64,000 bases of DNA from Parvibaculaceae bacterium. GTDB lineage: Bacteria > Pseudomonadota > Alphaproteobacteria > Parvibaculales > Parvibaculaceae. The notes under the pieces were generated by a model. The model was not told the DNA's origin. It saw only the letters and a program-made list of their open reading frames with translations, and ran no database searches. Position numbers and translations under genes: made by a program. Shown here piece after piece: positions 9,482-19,435 of the stretch (its first letter is position 1; every line of letters starts with the position of its first letter). The stretch lies in the NCBI GenBank assembly GCA_965276845.1, contig OZ255699.1, positions 94,687-158,686 on the forward strand, in the 5' to 3' direction.

Positions 9482-10459
9482 ATGGTGGTGAGCGCGCATA
9501 CCACCTGGGTCCTTTTGGGTGCGCTCGCCCTTGAAGGCATGGCAGGGTACCCGGACGTCTTGTGGCGACGCATAGGCCACCCCGTATCCTGGATGGGTCG
9601 GTTCTTTGACCTCGGTGAAGCCTGGCTCAACACGCGTGGTGGTAACGTCGCGCGGGATTTCATCGGCGGCATGGTCTGGCTTTTCATCGGGGCTGTGTTT
9701 GTGGGTGGCGCAATGTGGCTCATCAGCGATGCGCTGCGTCAAATCTCATCTGGTTGGATTGTCGAAATCCTCATCATGGCGACATTGATTGCAAGCCGCT
9801 CCCTCTTCAGCCATGTGCGCGACGTCCGGATGGCGCTTGAAGGCATGGGCATTGAGGTGGCGCGGCAGAAGGTATCGCTCATCGTGGGACGGAACACGGA
9901 TGCGCTGGAAGAACCTGCCATCGCCCGTGCAACTGTGGAGAGCCTTGCGGAGAATGCCTCCGACGGCGTCATCGCTCCTCTTTTCTGGGCGCTGGTGGCG
10001 GGACTGCCGGGCATCGCGGTCTATAAGCTGGTCAATACGGCGGACAGCATGTGGGGTCACAGAAACGATCGGTATGAATGGTTCGGCAAGAGCGCGGCGC
10101 GCCTTGACGATCTGCTCAATCTGATCCCAGCGCGGCTAACAGGGGTGCTGTTTTGTATGGCCGCGACGGCGACCGGGCGGGCGGGAACAGCCTTCCAAGT
10201 AATGAGGCGGGATGCCTCAAAGCACCTGTCACCCAATGCCGGATGGCCGGAAGCCGCAATGGCAGGTGCCATTGGGCGGCGTTTGGGGGGACCTCGTACC
10301 TATCAGGGACACCTCACGGACGGTGTTTGGCTCGGAGACGGATCGGAGAACGTGAGTGCCGACGACATCGGTCACAGCTTGAGGCTCTATCTGATAATGG
10401 TCGCATTGGCGGCGACAATGATAGTGATCATTGGTGCGATCGGCGGACAGTCGATATGA
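9482..10459 (+). CDS. cbiB: Adenosylcobinamide-phosphate synthase (CbiB; CobD in P. denitrificans nomenclature)
   Basis: 325 aa membrane protein with the characteristic GHPVSWMGR motif near the N-terminus. The start abuts the btuF stop. Confidence 0.9.
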   Translation: MVVSAHTTWVLLGALALEGMAGYPDVLWRRIGHPVSWMGRFFDLGEAWLNTRGGNVARDFIGGMVWLFIGAVFVGGAMWLISDALRQISSGWIVEILIMATLIASRSLFSHVRDVRMALEGMGIEVARQKVSLIVGRNTDALEEPAIARATVESLAENASDGVIAPLFWALVAGLPGIAVYKLVNTADSMWGHRNDRYEWFGKSAARLDDLLNLIPARLTGVLFCMAATATGRAGTAFQVMRRDASKHLSPNAGWPEAAMAGAIGRRLGGPRTYQGHLTDGVWLGDGSENVSADDIGHSLRLYLIMVALAATMIVIIGAIGGQSI

Positions 10460-11460
10460 CGGCGATACCCCATGGTGGAGATATTGAAGCTTTTGGCCTT
10501 CTGCATCCCGATGCGGCTCGCCCGTTGATCGATTTGAGCACAGGCATCAATCCGCATGCTTTTGTCCCTGCGATAGAGCCGGTCTGGTCAACACGACTAC
10601 CCGGTCGCGCGGATGAGGAAGCCTCTCGCGCCGCTTTCGCAGCCTATGCAGGCATCGATTTGGACTTTGTACATGTCATGCCAGGCACCCAATCCATCAT
10701 TTCCGGCCTGCCGAGTCTCTTTGATCCATGCGAGGTGGCGGTCCTGTCGCCAACCTATGGCGAGCACGAAGCAGCGTGGCAAACGGCGGGTCATACAGTC
10801 ACGCAATGTGCGGCAGAAGAGATAATGGCCGCGGACGCTGACATTATTCTCGTCACTCATCCAAACAATCCGAATGCGCATGTATTCGAAAGAGACGCTT
10901 TGCTCGCCTGTCAAAAACGGCAGCAGGCGCGCGGTGGTTGGCTTGTCGTCGACGAAGCCTTTATCGATTGCGCGCCAGAGCTTAGTGTCGCCACCCAAGT
11001 TGTAGAGGGCGGCCTCCTGGTCCTGCGCTCTTTCGGAAAATTTTTCGGGCTGGCGGGCCTAAGACTCGGTTTCATGATTGCACCAGAGACCATTGCCGCG
11101 CGGCTGAAACAGCGTCTCGGGCCGTGGAGCGTCAGCACGCCAGCCCTTCGCATCGCGGCGGAAGCCTACGGAGATGTCACATGGATTTCTGACACACGGG
11201 AAAATCTCTGCCGGGAAATGAACCGCCTGCGCAGAGCCGTGGTCCCGATATTCGGTAGCGAGGTGGGACACACGCCTCTTTTCCTGCTTCTGGACACGAG
11301 AAGTGCCGAAGCGGCCGCGGCGCACCTGGCAGCCCACGGAATCTTCGTCCGGACCTTCCCAGATATGCCAAACTATCTGCGCCTGGGCCTGCCCGGTGCG
11401 CCGTGGGCATGGGATCGTCTAGAAACCGCATTGGCAGAATGGCAAGCCAGTCATGAGTGA
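10456..11460 (+). CDS. cobD: L-threonine-O-3-phosphate decarboxylase (class I/II aminotransferase fold; CobD Salmonella / CobC Pseudomonas nomenclature)
   Basis: Starts MTAIPHGGDIEAF with an ATGA overlap of the cbiB stop. PLP-aminotransferase-like sequence (SFGKFFGLAGLRLG). The ORF-track start 10153 overlaps cbiB out of frame and is not credible. Confidence 0.85.
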   Translation: MTAIPHGGDIEAFGLLHPDAARPLIDLSTGINPHAFVPAIEPVWSTRLPGRADEEASRAAFAAYAGIDLDFVHVMPGTQSIISGLPSLFDPCEVAVLSPTYGEHEAAWQTAGHTVTQCAAEEIMAADADIILVTHPNNPNAHVFERDALLACQKRQQARGGWLVVDEAFIDCAPELSVATQVVEGGLLVLRSFGKFFGLAGLRLGFMIAPETIAARLKQRLGPWSVSTPALRIAAEAYGDVTWISDTRENLCREMNRLRRAVVPIFGSEVGHTPLFLLLDTRSAEAAAAHLAAHGIFVRTFPDMPNYLRLGLPGAPWAWDRLETALAEWQASHE

Positions 11461-11469
11461 GAAAAAGAC

Positions 11470-12081
11470 ATGAGTTCAGAAGACGAAAACGCGGCTCACG
11501 CGGAAGAGATGAAAAAGGTCCAGTCCGCGCATCGCGAAAAAATGGCTGAAAAGAAAGAGGCGGACAGAGGACTGTTTCTGATCTTGACGGGCGATGGGAA
11601 GGGTAAGTCGAGCTCTGCCTTTGGGTCGATCATCCGTGCACTAGGGTGGGGCCACAGCGTCGGCGTCGTTCAATATGTGAAGGGCAACTGGAAAACCGGA
11701 GAACGTCAGTTTTTTGAGCAATACCCAGACCTGGTCACCTGGCACACTATGGGTCAGGGCTTCACGTGGGACACCCAAGACCGGGAAAAAGACATTGAAG
11801 CGGCCCAAGCCGCCTGGGATGTGTCGGCCAAGATGCTGGCATCCGGCGAATATGATCTTGTCGTGCTCGATGAGCTGAACATCGTCCTGCGCTACGATTA
11901 TCTTCCGGTGGAGGAAGTCTTGGCAGGCCTTATGAATCGTCATCCGCGTACAAGCGTCATGGTGACAGGGCGGGACGCCAAAGAAGAACTTCGCGACAAA
12001 GCCGACCTCATCACTGAGATGACGCCCATTCGCCATCCCTTCGAAGCCGGCATTAAGGCCAAGCGGGGCATCGACTATTAA
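11470..12081 (+). CDS. cobO: Cob(I)yrinic acid a,c-diamide / cob(I)alamin adenosyltransferase
   Basis: 203 aa with the P-loop-like TGDGKGKSSSAFG and the conserved LVVLDEL segment typical of CobA/CobO/BtuR. Confidence 0.9.
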   Translation: MSSEDENAAHAEEMKKVQSAHREKMAEKKEADRGLFLILTGDGKGKSSSAFGSIIRALGWGHSVGVVQYVKGNWKTGERQFFEQYPDLVTWHTMGQGFTWDTQDREKDIEAAQAAWDVSAKMLASGEYDLVVLDELNIVLRYDYLPVEEVLAGLMNRHPRTSVMVTGRDAKEELRDKADLITEMTPIRHPFEAGIKAKRGIDY

Positions 12082-13079
12082 TGAGCCTGCGCTCACCATA
12101 TATAGCCTCGATATTGCTGGCCGGTCTTCTGACGCTGGCAATGGCGGCGAGCCTCTTTCTCGGCTACGCCCCATTGGGCGTGACAGAAGTCTTTCAGGCT
12201 CTTGTTGGCACCGGAGACGAGCGCTACGTCTTCATCGTACAGGATATCAGGGCGCCGCGGATCGTACTGGGGGCCATGGTCGGGGGCTCATTGGGTCTGG
12301 CGGGCGCAGCCATTCAAGGCCTGCTGAGAAACCCGCTCGCAGACCCGAGTGTCATTGGCGTCTCGTCCAGTGCGGGATTGGGAGCAGTTGTAGCTATCTA
12401 TTATGGCTTTGCCGCCTCGTCGGCGATCATCGTTCCCATATTTGCGATCGCCTTTGCGATCGTCGCCATGCTGGTGCTTGTTTGGCTCGCAGGCAAGGAT
12501 GCCAGCATCCTCACTCTCATTCTCGCGGGCGTCGCGATTTCAAGTCTGGCCGCGGCCCTGACATCGCTCGCGATGAACCTCTCGCCCAATCCCTTCTCGC
12601 TCAATGACATTGTTCTCTGGCTGCTGGGGTCGCTCGCAAATCGAAGCTTCACCGAGGTGTGGATCGCGGGCCCATTCATGGTCGCCGGCTGGGTCCTCCT
12701 GCTGTCAACCGCCCGCGCCCTGCCATCGCTCAGCTTAGGCGAGGATGCGGCCGCCTCACTGGGTGTTGATTTGAGGCGAGTCCGGTTGCAAACCGTCTTT
12801 GGCGCGGCCTTCGCTGTTGGCGGCGGTGTGGCGGTCAGCGGCGCGATTGGCTTTGTCGGGCTGGTAGCGCCTCATCTTGTGCGCCCCTTTGTCGGGCACG
12901 ACCCCGGACGTTTACTACTCCCAAGTGCGCTCGCTGGCGCCCTTCTATTGGTGCTGGCGGACATTGGCGTGCGCACAATCCCGGGAGATACCGAGCTAAA
13001 ACTGGGCGTGGTCACCGCGCTGCTGGGCGCCCCGTTCTTCCTCTGGCTGATTATCTACACGCGGCGGTCCATGCGATGA
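12081..13079 (+). CDS. btuC: FecCD-family ABC permease (cobalamin/iron-complex type)
   Basis: 332 aa polytopic protein with FecCD-like motifs (RAPRIVLGAMVGGSLGLAGAAIQGLLRNPLADP). TAATG overlap with the cobO stop. Confidence 0.75.
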   Translation: MSLRSPYIASILLAGLLTLAMAASLFLGYAPLGVTEVFQALVGTGDERYVFIVQDIRAPRIVLGAMVGGSLGLAGAAIQGLLRNPLADPSVIGVSSSAGLGAVVAIYYGFAASSAIIVPIFAIAFAIVAMLVLVWLAGKDASILTLILAGVAISSLAAALTSLAMNLSPNPFSLNDIVLWLLGSLANRSFTEVWIAGPFMVAGWVLLLSTARALPSLSLGEDAAASLGVDLRRVRLQTVFGAAFAVGGGVAVSGAIGFVGLVAPHLVRPFVGHDPGRLLLPSALAGALLLVLADIGVRTIPGDTELKLGVVTALLGAPFFLWLIIYTRRSMR

Positions 13080-13846
13080 TTGCCGCCCGCAACATATCTG
13101 TGTCGCTCGGTGACCATGCTGCGGTCCGCAATATGTCTATTGAGCTCAAGCCGGGCGAGATCGTTGGGTTTGTAGGGCCGAACGGCGCCGGTAAGACGAG
13201 CCTTCTTCGTGCACTTTTACGTCTTGTCTCGGTGGATGGGGGTTCTGTTCTGCTTGACGGAGCAGACATCACTGCTGACGCGCCGCATATTCACGCCCAA
13301 GAGATCGCCTACCTGCCACAGGGTCAAACTGTGGCTTGGCCTTTGACGGCCCGCCGCTTGGTCGCTCTGGGCCGGGTGCCGCATCGCTCCACTTGGGAAA
13401 CCCTGAAGCCAGAAGACGAAGAGGCAATCGAGGCGGCGTTGATTGCAACCGATGCGCAATCATTTGCAGATCGCCCGGTCACAGAACTCTCCGGCGGAGA
13501 GCGAAGCCGGGTACTCTTGGCGCGTGCACTGGCGGTAAAGGCAAAAGTCCTTTTGGTCGATGAGCCCACGGCCTCTCTTGACCCTTATCACCAGCTGACC
13601 ACCATGGAAGCGCTCAAGGAAACGGCGGCGAGCGGAACGGCGGTTGGGGTTGTGTTGCATGACCTCAATTTGGCGGGGCGCTATTGTGATCGGCTATATC
13701 TCATGCATGAAGGGGCCGTCGTGGCGGAAGGTCCTCCGGACCAGGTTCTCAGCGATGAACATCTTGCCCGCGTCTATCGCATAGGTGTGAGGCGGGATGA
13801 TCGCGGCGATGTGGTGGTTGATCGGCGCCTGAGCGACCTGCCATGA
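13076..13846 (+). CDS. btuD: ABC transporter ATP-binding protein (BtuD/FecE type)
   Basis: Walker A GPNGAGKT, signature LSGGERSR, Walker B LLLVDEP. 4-nt overlaps on both sides. Confidence 0.8.
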   Translation: MIAARNISVSLGDHAAVRNMSIELKPGEIVGFVGPNGAGKTSLLRALLRLVSVDGGSVLLDGADITADAPHIHAQEIAYLPQGQTVAWPLTARRLVALGRVPHRSTWETLKPEDEEAIEAALIATDAQSFADRPVTELSGGERSRVLLARALAVKAKVLLVDEPTASLDPYHQLTTMEALKETAASGTAVGVVLHDLNLAGRYCDRLYLMHEGAVVAEGPPDQVLSDEHLARVYRIGVRRDDRGDVVVDRRLSDLP

Positions 13847-15309
13847 CCAAGGCGCTCATGCTTCAGGGCACCGGTTCCGATGTCGGCAAATCCGTGCTGG
13901 TTGCCGGCCTCGCACGCGCGGCGGTGAATAGGGGACTCAACGTTCGCCCGTTTAAGCCGCAAAACATGTCAAACAATGCCGCGGTGACGGTCGAAGGTGG
14001 CGAGATCGGCCGCGCACAATGGCTACAAGCGCGGGCCTGCCGGGTCGAGCCTAGCGTTCACATGAACCCGGTTCTGCTCAAGCCACAAAGTGATGTTGGG
14101 GCCCAGGTCGTCGTTCAGGGCAAAGTCTGGGGAACCGCGGAAGCACGTGACTATCAGGGGCGCAAAGAAAAGCTGCTCAGTTCTGTGCTGCAGAGCTTCG
14201 ATGTGTTGAAAGCCGAGGCGGACCTCATACTGGTGGAGGGCGCCGGAAGCCCCGCGGAAACGAATCTAAGGGCGGGCGATATCGCTAATATGGGGTTTGC
14301 CACCAAATCCGGGACGCCCGTCGTGCTCATTGGCGACATCGATCGTGGAGGGGTGATCGCAAGTCTGGTGGGCACACATGCGGTTCTGGACGAACAGGAT
14401 AAAGCGTTGATCAAGGGATTTCTGATCAACAAGTTCCGAGGTGACGTTTCCCTTTTTGACGATGGATTGAAAGAGATAGAGCGACGCACCGGGTGGACGA
14501 GCTTCGGCGTGCTGCCTTGGGTCGCCGCTGTCGCTGATTTGCCGGCCGAAGATGCCGTTGTGCTTGAGCGCGGCCAGTCACGGCAAGACGGCAAGCTAAA
14601 AATCGCCGTGCCCATGCTCTCGCGGATTGCCAATTTTGACGACGTGGATCCTCTGGCCCAGGAAGAAGGTGTGGACGTCCAGTTCATTCCGCCGGGAACG
14701 GCGCTATCGGGGGACGCAGACCTGGTGATCCTGCCAGGAACCAAGTCGACCATTGCGGACCTCGAGTTTTTCAGAGCGCAAGGATGGGATGTCGATCTGC
14801 GGGCACACCTTCGCCGCGGTGGACGGGTTCTGGGTCTCTGCGGCGGGTATCAGATGTTAGGGGCAGACGTAACCGATCCGGAAGGGATTGAAGGCGCTAT
14901 CGGACAAACGCCGGGCCTGGGGCTCCTTGATCTGCAGACCGTTATGCAGCCGGAGAAGCAGCTGCGCACAGTCTCGGGCAGGGCGGCGACCTCAGGTGCG
15001 CCTTTTTCCGGCTATGAGATTCACATTGGTGAGACGGAGGGACCGGATCTGTTGCGCCCCTTCCTGGAAGTGGAAGGCGTCCCGCATGGCGCTGTCAGCA
15101 AAGATGGCCGCGTCATGGGTGCCTATGTCCATGGGCTTTTCGAGAGCGGCGCCTTTAGAAAGGATTTTCTGGCTGGTCTGGGTGCCGCAAGCGACGGCCG
15201 GGATCACGGCGAAAAAATTGATCAGGCCTTGGACCGGTTGGCGGACGCTATGGAAGAAGCGCTTGATATTGACGGACTTCTTAGTCTTGCGGCGGTGCCT
15301 TCAGGATAA
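13843..15309 (+). CDS. cobQ: Cobyric acid synthase
   Basis: 488 aa. N-terminal [18 protein letters not shown] and a C-terminal GATase-like domain ([10 protein letters not shown]), typical of CobQ/CbiP. Confidence 0.9.
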   Translation: MTKALMLQGTGSDVGKSVLVAGLARAAVNRGLNVRPFKPQNMSNNAAVTVEGGEIGRAQWLQARACRVEPSVHMNPVLLKPQSDVGAQVVVQGKVWGTAEARDYQGRKEKLLSSVLQSFDVLKAEADLILVEGAGSPAETNLRAGDIANMGFATKSGTPVVLIGDIDRGGVIASLVGTHAVLDEQDKALIKGFLINKFRGDVSLFDDGLKEIERRTGWTSFGVLPWVAAVADLPAEDAVVLERGQSRQDGKLKIAVPMLSRIANFDDVDPLAQEEGVDVQFIPPGTALSGDADLVILPGTKSTIADLEFFRAQGWDVDLRAHLRRGGRVLGLCGGYQMLGADVTDPEGIEGAIGQTPGLGLLDLQTVMQPEKQLRTVSGRAATSGAPFSGYEIHIGETEGPDLLRPFLEVEGVPHGAVSKDGRVMGAYVHGLFESGAFRKDFLAGLGAASDGRDHGEKIDQALDRLADAMEEALDIDGLLSLAAVPSG

Positions 15310-15835
15310 GCGGCAGGCCGGCCATCACCGCAATGACAGCGTCGATTTCAGCCGCGAGTGATTGATGAAGCCAGCCCGCTTCATCTCGGAACTGCCGTGC
15401 CATCGCATTGTCGGGCACGATGCCCTGGCCCACCTCATTTGAAATAAAGACCAGCCGGGCAGGGCAGGCGGCTATCGCGGCCAGAAGGTCAGACGTCGCT
15501 GCCGCGATATCGCGCTCCGCTTCCATGAGATTTCCAAGCCAGAGCGTGAGGCAGTCAATCAACACGACCTCGTCGGTTTGTACCTGATTGCGCAGCACGT
15601 CCGGCAGGTCGAGCGGTTCTTCAATCAAACGCCAATCCGGACCCCGCCGGTTCTGATGATGCGAAATGCGGTCCGCCATTTCATCATCGCGGGCTTCCGC
15701 TGTTGCGACATAGACAGAATTACCTTTGGCGCTGGTCACCAGACTTTCGCCATATCGGCTCTTGCCGGAACGCGCGCCACCGAGGATCAGCGACGCAAAG
15801 GGTCCGCTGTCGGGTAACCGGAAAGTGTCTGTCAT
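15281..15835 (-). CDS. cobU: Bifunctional adenosylcobinamide kinase / adenosylcobinamide-phosphate guanylyltransferase
   Basis: 184 aa with the P-loop GGARSGKS. CobU/CobP family size and context. Its 3' end overlaps the cobQ 3' end by 29 nt (convergent). Confidence 0.9.
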   Translation of the reverse strand: MTDTFRLPDSGPFASLILGGARSGKSRYGESLVTSAKGNSVYVATAEARDDEMADRISHHQNRRGPDWRLIEEPLDLPDVLRNQVQTDEVVLIDCLTLWLGNLMEAERDIAAATSDLLAAIAACPARLVFISNEVGQGIVPDNAMARQFRDEAGWLHQSLAAEIDAVIAVMAGLPLILKAPPQD

Positions 15836-15839
15836 GGTG

Positions 15840-16589
15840 TTATCCCCCTAACGCCATAACACAGGCTAAGAGCAATAGGCTCTCCGATACCTCGATACCA
15901 GCGCCGAGGGCATCTCCAGTTTGTCCTTTCAACCGAACCTGCAGATATGCCGCCCAGAGCAAGAGTATGAATGGTGCTGCCAGAAAGGCTGGGGCAGCCC
16001 AGGCGCTCAACAGAAGCAGGCTCGCCCAGGCCCAGGGGGCGACAGGGTTGATCTCCCAGGAAAACCGTTCACCCATGCCTTCGGTTTCGGCGCCCGGGGG
16101 CTGTAGCACCGGCAGGTAGTGTGCCCAGAAAAGAGGGCCGAGGCGCGCCCAGGCGCAAAGCGGAATCAAAACCCAGAAGATCTCTCGTTCTGCAAGCAGC
16201 ATGAGAAGCACGAGCTTCGCCGCTAATTGGACAATCAGCGTGACAACGCCAAACGTACCGATATGTGGATCTTTAAGAACTTCGTGAAAGCGAGTCTCAT
16301 CTCCATGAGCTGCGCCCAGCGCATCAGCAAGGTCTGACAGTCCGTCCAGGTGAAGGGCACCGGTAATGAACGTCCAAGCTGCTAGCGCCAGTACGGCGCC
16401 GACCCAAGGGTCGACCAAGGACCCACCCCAAAGAATAAGCATCAGAAGCAGTCCGACCAACAAACCTACAGCAGGGAAGAATGTAGACGCCCGACTGAGC
16501 GCTGTCGGCTCGAACGCATCAACCTGCGGCGTCGGCAGGCGGGTCAAGAACTGGACGGCGAGAATGAAGGATGTGACCGGCGCAGTCAT
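15840..16589 (-). CDS. cobS: Adenosylcobinamide-GDP ribazoletransferase (cobalamin 5'-phosphate synthase)
   Basis: 249 aa polytopic protein with an N-terminal FLTRLP motif and a DGLSDxxDA motif (LDGLSDLADALG). Confidence 0.9.
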   Translation of the reverse strand: MTAPVTSFILAVQFLTRLPTPQVDAFEPTALSRASTFFPAVGLLVGLLLMLILWGGSLVDPWVGAVLALAAWTFITGALHLDGLSDLADALGAAHGDETRFHEVLKDPHIGTFGVVTLIVQLAAKLVLLMLLAEREIFWVLIPLCAWARLGPLFWAHYLPVLQPPGAETEGMGERFSWEINPVAPWAWASLLLLSAWAAPAFLAAPFILLLWAAYLQVRLKGQTGDALGAGIEVSESLLLLACVMALGG

Positions 16590-17182
16590 GCATCCCCCTT
16601 GAGTGCAGTCAGTTGAACATCGAAGGTTGCCTGATCCGTGTCGTGATAGGCCGTCATCTCCAACACGCTCGCGGTGGGGAGCGCGATCTTCCAGGCCGAC
16701 GTGAAAGGCAGACCTAGTTGGGTCACCAGCAGAGATCGCATCACACCGGCATGCGTAATGAGAAGAAGTCGTTCTCCTTGAGCGGTGCGCGCTATCTCCT
16801 CAAATGCCTCTGACGTACGGGCACACATAACGGCCCAGGCTTCGCCGCCAGGAGCCGGATGAGCGGTGGGGTCTTCCCAAAATGCGGTGAGGGCGTTTTG
16901 GTCGGCATTCCAGACTTCTTCGGTCGACTTACCTTCCCACGCGCCAAAGTCCATTTCTCTAAACCGCGCATCGAGGGAGAGCGGCAGATCAAGACTCTTG
17001 GCAAACGCATGACATCGTTTGAGCGGTGAACTGACCACGCGATCCCAGCTCTGGTTTTTTGTCCGGTCGACAAGTTCCTTCCAGCCGCTCTCAGTGAGGT
17101 CAGGATCACTGGTGCCGCAAAAGAGACCGGTGAGAGGCGTTTCGCCATGGCGCATGACAGTTATGCGGGCAGGATCACTCAT
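16586..17182 (-). CDS. cobC: Alpha-ribazole-5'-phosphate phosphatase (histidine phosphatase family)
   Basis: 198 aa with the RHGET catalytic motif (VMRHGETP). 4-nt overlaps with cobT and cobS. Confidence 0.8.
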   Translation of the reverse strand: MSDPARITVMRHGETPLTGLFCGTSDPDLTESGWKELVDRTKNQSWDRVVSSPLKRCHAFAKSLDLPLSLDARFREMDFGAWEGKSTEEVWNADQNALTAFWEDPTAHPAPGGEAWAVMCARTSEAFEEIARTAQGERLLLITHAGVMRSLLVTQLGLPFTSAWKIALPTASVLEMTAYHDTDQATFDVQLTALKGDA

Positions 17183-18240
17183 GAAATTGAGGACACGCCG
17201 GCGCTGTCAAAAGTTGCCATCTGATTGTGGAGCGAACAGGCCAAACGCAGCAAGGGCAAGGCGAGCGCAGCACCGCTGCCTTCCCCCAGACGAAGCCCCA
17301 GATCAAAAAGTGGGTCGGCATTTAGCGCGTCAAGCACGCGCGCATGACCACTCTCGGCCGAGCAGTGAGAAAAGAGAAGCCAGGGACGAATAGACGGGTT
17401 TGCGGTGACGGCAGCGAGCATGGCTGAGGAGCAGATAAACCCATCGACAAGAATGGGCACCCGCGCTTGTGCTGCCGTGATAGCGGCGCCCGCGAGCGCG
17501 GCTATCTCATGTCCTCCCACTTTGCGAAGCGCCGTGGCGACATTGGCGCTTCCTGCATCAAGCTGATGGAAGGCGAGACTCTCTGCAATGACCCGCGTCT
17601 TATGGGAGACGCCTTCGGCGTTGAGTCCTGTCCCCGCACCCGCAAGCGCGGCGACATTGCCGTCTGTCAGCGCGGCGGCCACGGCACTGGCGGCGCTGGT
17701 ATTGCCGATGCCCATCTCCCCAAGGAGCAGCAGGTCCGCGCCTTCGCCAACAGCCCGGGCGGCGGCATTCCGACCGGCTCCGAGTGCATGAAACAGTTCT
17801 TCTTCCGTCATGGCGTCACCGCGACGAAAGTTCTCCGTGCCATAAGAGATTTTATCGATGTGAACATCGTCCGGCACATCCTTCGCAAGTGTGCCGACGT
17901 CAACAACCTGCAGGCGCGCGCCTTGTTCTCGCGCGAGCACAGAGATAGCGGCGCCGCCCGATACAAAATTCGCCATCATTTGCGCCGTGACTTCCGATGG
18001 GTAGGCTGAGACCCCCTCAACCGTAATGCCATGGTCCCCGGCGAAAATGAGGATATGAGGGAAAGCAACATTGGGCCGCTCGGTATTGCCGAGGCTTGCA
18101 AGTTGGATCGCAACCTCTTCGAGCTGCCCCAGAGAACCAGCGGGCTTCGTCAGGCGCGCTTGGCGCGTTTGGGCGCGGGCTTCAGCCACCGGATCCGGGT
18201 TCGGGGGCGCGCTGGTTACCCAATTTGGAAATTCACTCAT
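17179..18240 (-). CDS. cobT: Nicotinate-nucleotide--dimethylbenzimidazole phosphoribosyltransferase
   Basis: 353 aa with LTKPAGSLGQLEE and GEMGIGNTSAAS motifs characteristic of CobT. Confidence 0.92.
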   Translation of the reverse strand: MSEFPNWVTSAPPNPDPVAEARAQTRQARLTKPAGSLGQLEEVAIQLASLGNTERPNVAFPHILIFAGDHGITVEGVSAYPSEVTAQMMANFVSGGAAISVLAREQGARLQVVDVGTLAKDVPDDVHIDKISYGTENFRRGDAMTEEELFHALGAGRNAAARAVGEGADLLLLGEMGIGNTSAASAVAAALTDGNVAALAGAGTGLNAEGVSHKTRVIAESLAFHQLDAGSANVATALRKVGGHEIAALAGAAITAAQARVPILVDGFICSSAMLAAVTANPSIRPWLLFSHCSAESGHARVLDALNADPLFDLGLRLGEGSGAALALPLLRLACSLHNQMATFDSAGVSSIS

Positions 18241-18312
18241 GACCCGCTTTCAAGACAGTATTTGGCCGTCTTTGTAGCAGAAATAAACCAGATTTGAGAG
18301 GTCGGTGGAGAT

Positions 18313-19353
18313 TTAGCGCCAGCCCGCCCGGTCGTAAATTCTGATGGCAAGGGCTTGGTTTTCCCCAAGGGCAGAAGCGTTAATCTCGTCCTCCTTGAAG
18401 GTCCCGAGTGCTGTCACCGGGCCGTCAGCGTCGACACTGGCCACGGCTGGATACTCATTGTTGCCATCCGCCAGCACTTTTTGCGCCCAATCGCTGGTGA
18501 GGAACTCGAGGAAGCGGACCGCGTTTTCCTTGTTGGGCGCATGGGAGAGCAGTCCAGCACCCGAGATATTGACATGTGTTCCCCGGGTTTCCTGCTCAGG
18601 GAAAATGACACCAATCTTTTCAGCGACGGCGCGATCAGCAGCATCGCCTGATCGCATGAGCCGCGCGATGTAATAGGTGTTGGCGATCCCCACGCGGCAT
18701 TCCCCTGCCGCAACGGCGCGGATTTGAGCGGTATCATTTCCCTGCGGCGCGCGGGCGAAATTAGCGACAACACCCTCGGCCCAGCTTTCAGCTTCCTCAG
18801 TCCCGTCATGCGCGACAATCGAGGCCAGGAGGGAGATGTTGTAGATGTTGCTGGAAGATCGCACGCAGACTTGTCCGGCAAGGGAGGGGTCCGTCAGGTC
18901 AGCATAGGTTTCAAGACCGTCTGGAGCGCCCGCGTCTTTGTTGTAGATGACAACCCGCGCCCGTTTGGAAATGCCAAACCAGAAACCGTCTGGGTGGCGA
19001 AGATGAGAGGGGATACGCTCGGCGATGACCGTCGAGGTGACCGGCGCGAACAACCCGGCTTCCTCCGCGCGCCAGAGGCGACCGGCATCAACAGTGAGGA
19101 GAACATCGCCCGGACTGAACTCACCTTCTTGTTTCAGCCGCGCAAGCAGCTCTTCGCTCTTGCCCTCGATAAGGTTCAGCTTGATGCCCGTCTCTTCGGT
19201 AAAGCGTTCATAGAGCATCAGATCCGTGTCGTAGTGTCGGGCCGAATAAATATTCAGCTCTTCATCGGCCATGCTGTTTGACGCGGCAAAGACGACCAGA
19301 AAGAAACCTATGAGGGGGATCAGAGCTTTGCCGACAGTTTTTGACACGGACAC
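18313..19353 (-). CDS. fbpA: Fe(3+) ABC transporter periplasmic substrate-binding protein
   Basis: 346 aa with a signal peptide. NIYSARHYDTDLMLYERFTEETGIK is typical of FbpA/AfuA/FutA ferric-binding proteins. GTG start. Confidence 0.8.
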   Translation of the reverse strand: MSVSKTVGKALIPLIGFFLVVFAASNSMADEELNIYSARHYDTDLMLYERFTEETGIKLNLIEGKSEELLARLKQEGEFSPGDVLLTVDAGRLWRAEEAGLFAPVTSTVIAERIPSHLRHPDGFWFGISKRARVVIYNKDAGAPDGLETYADLTDPSLAGQVCVRSSSNIYNISLLASIVAHDGTEEAESWAEGVVANFARAPQGNDTAQIRAVAAGECRVGIANTYYIARLMRSGDAADRAVAEKIGVIFPEQETRGTHVNISGAGLLSHAPNKENAVRFLEFLTSDWAQKVLADGNNEYPAVASVDADGPVTALGTFKEDEINASALGENQALAIRIYDRAGWR

Positions 19354-19369
19354 GAACCTTCTTAAGAAT

Positions 19370-19383
19370 GACTATCAATAGTC
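19370..19383. promoter_or_regulatory. Perfect 6-2-6 palindrome GACTATCAATAGTC inside an AT-rich, loosely Fur-box-like stretch just upstream of fbpA
   Basis: The inverted repeat was read directly. The surrounding AAGAATGACTATCAATAGT matches about 12/19 positions of the classical GATAATGATAATCATTATC Fur box. Confidence 0.35.
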
Positions 19384-19435
19384 GGGAATGTAGGGCCGCT
19401 CCGACCGCAAAACAAGGGAATTTACGACCGGTGGA

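Noticed and set aside
10153-10455. Upstream extension of the cobD (threonine-phosphate decarboxylase) ORF; similar extensions at 6729-6815, 20466-20576, 27792-27875, 31950-32117, 33496-33750, 37104-37193, 41001-41597, 41511-41564, 55047-55472 and 62586-62945
   Set aside because: These extensions overlap neighbouring genes or intergenic promoter regions, encode Arg/Gly/Pro-rich non-homologous sequence, and have better internal starts with RBS, signal peptides or family-typical N-termini.
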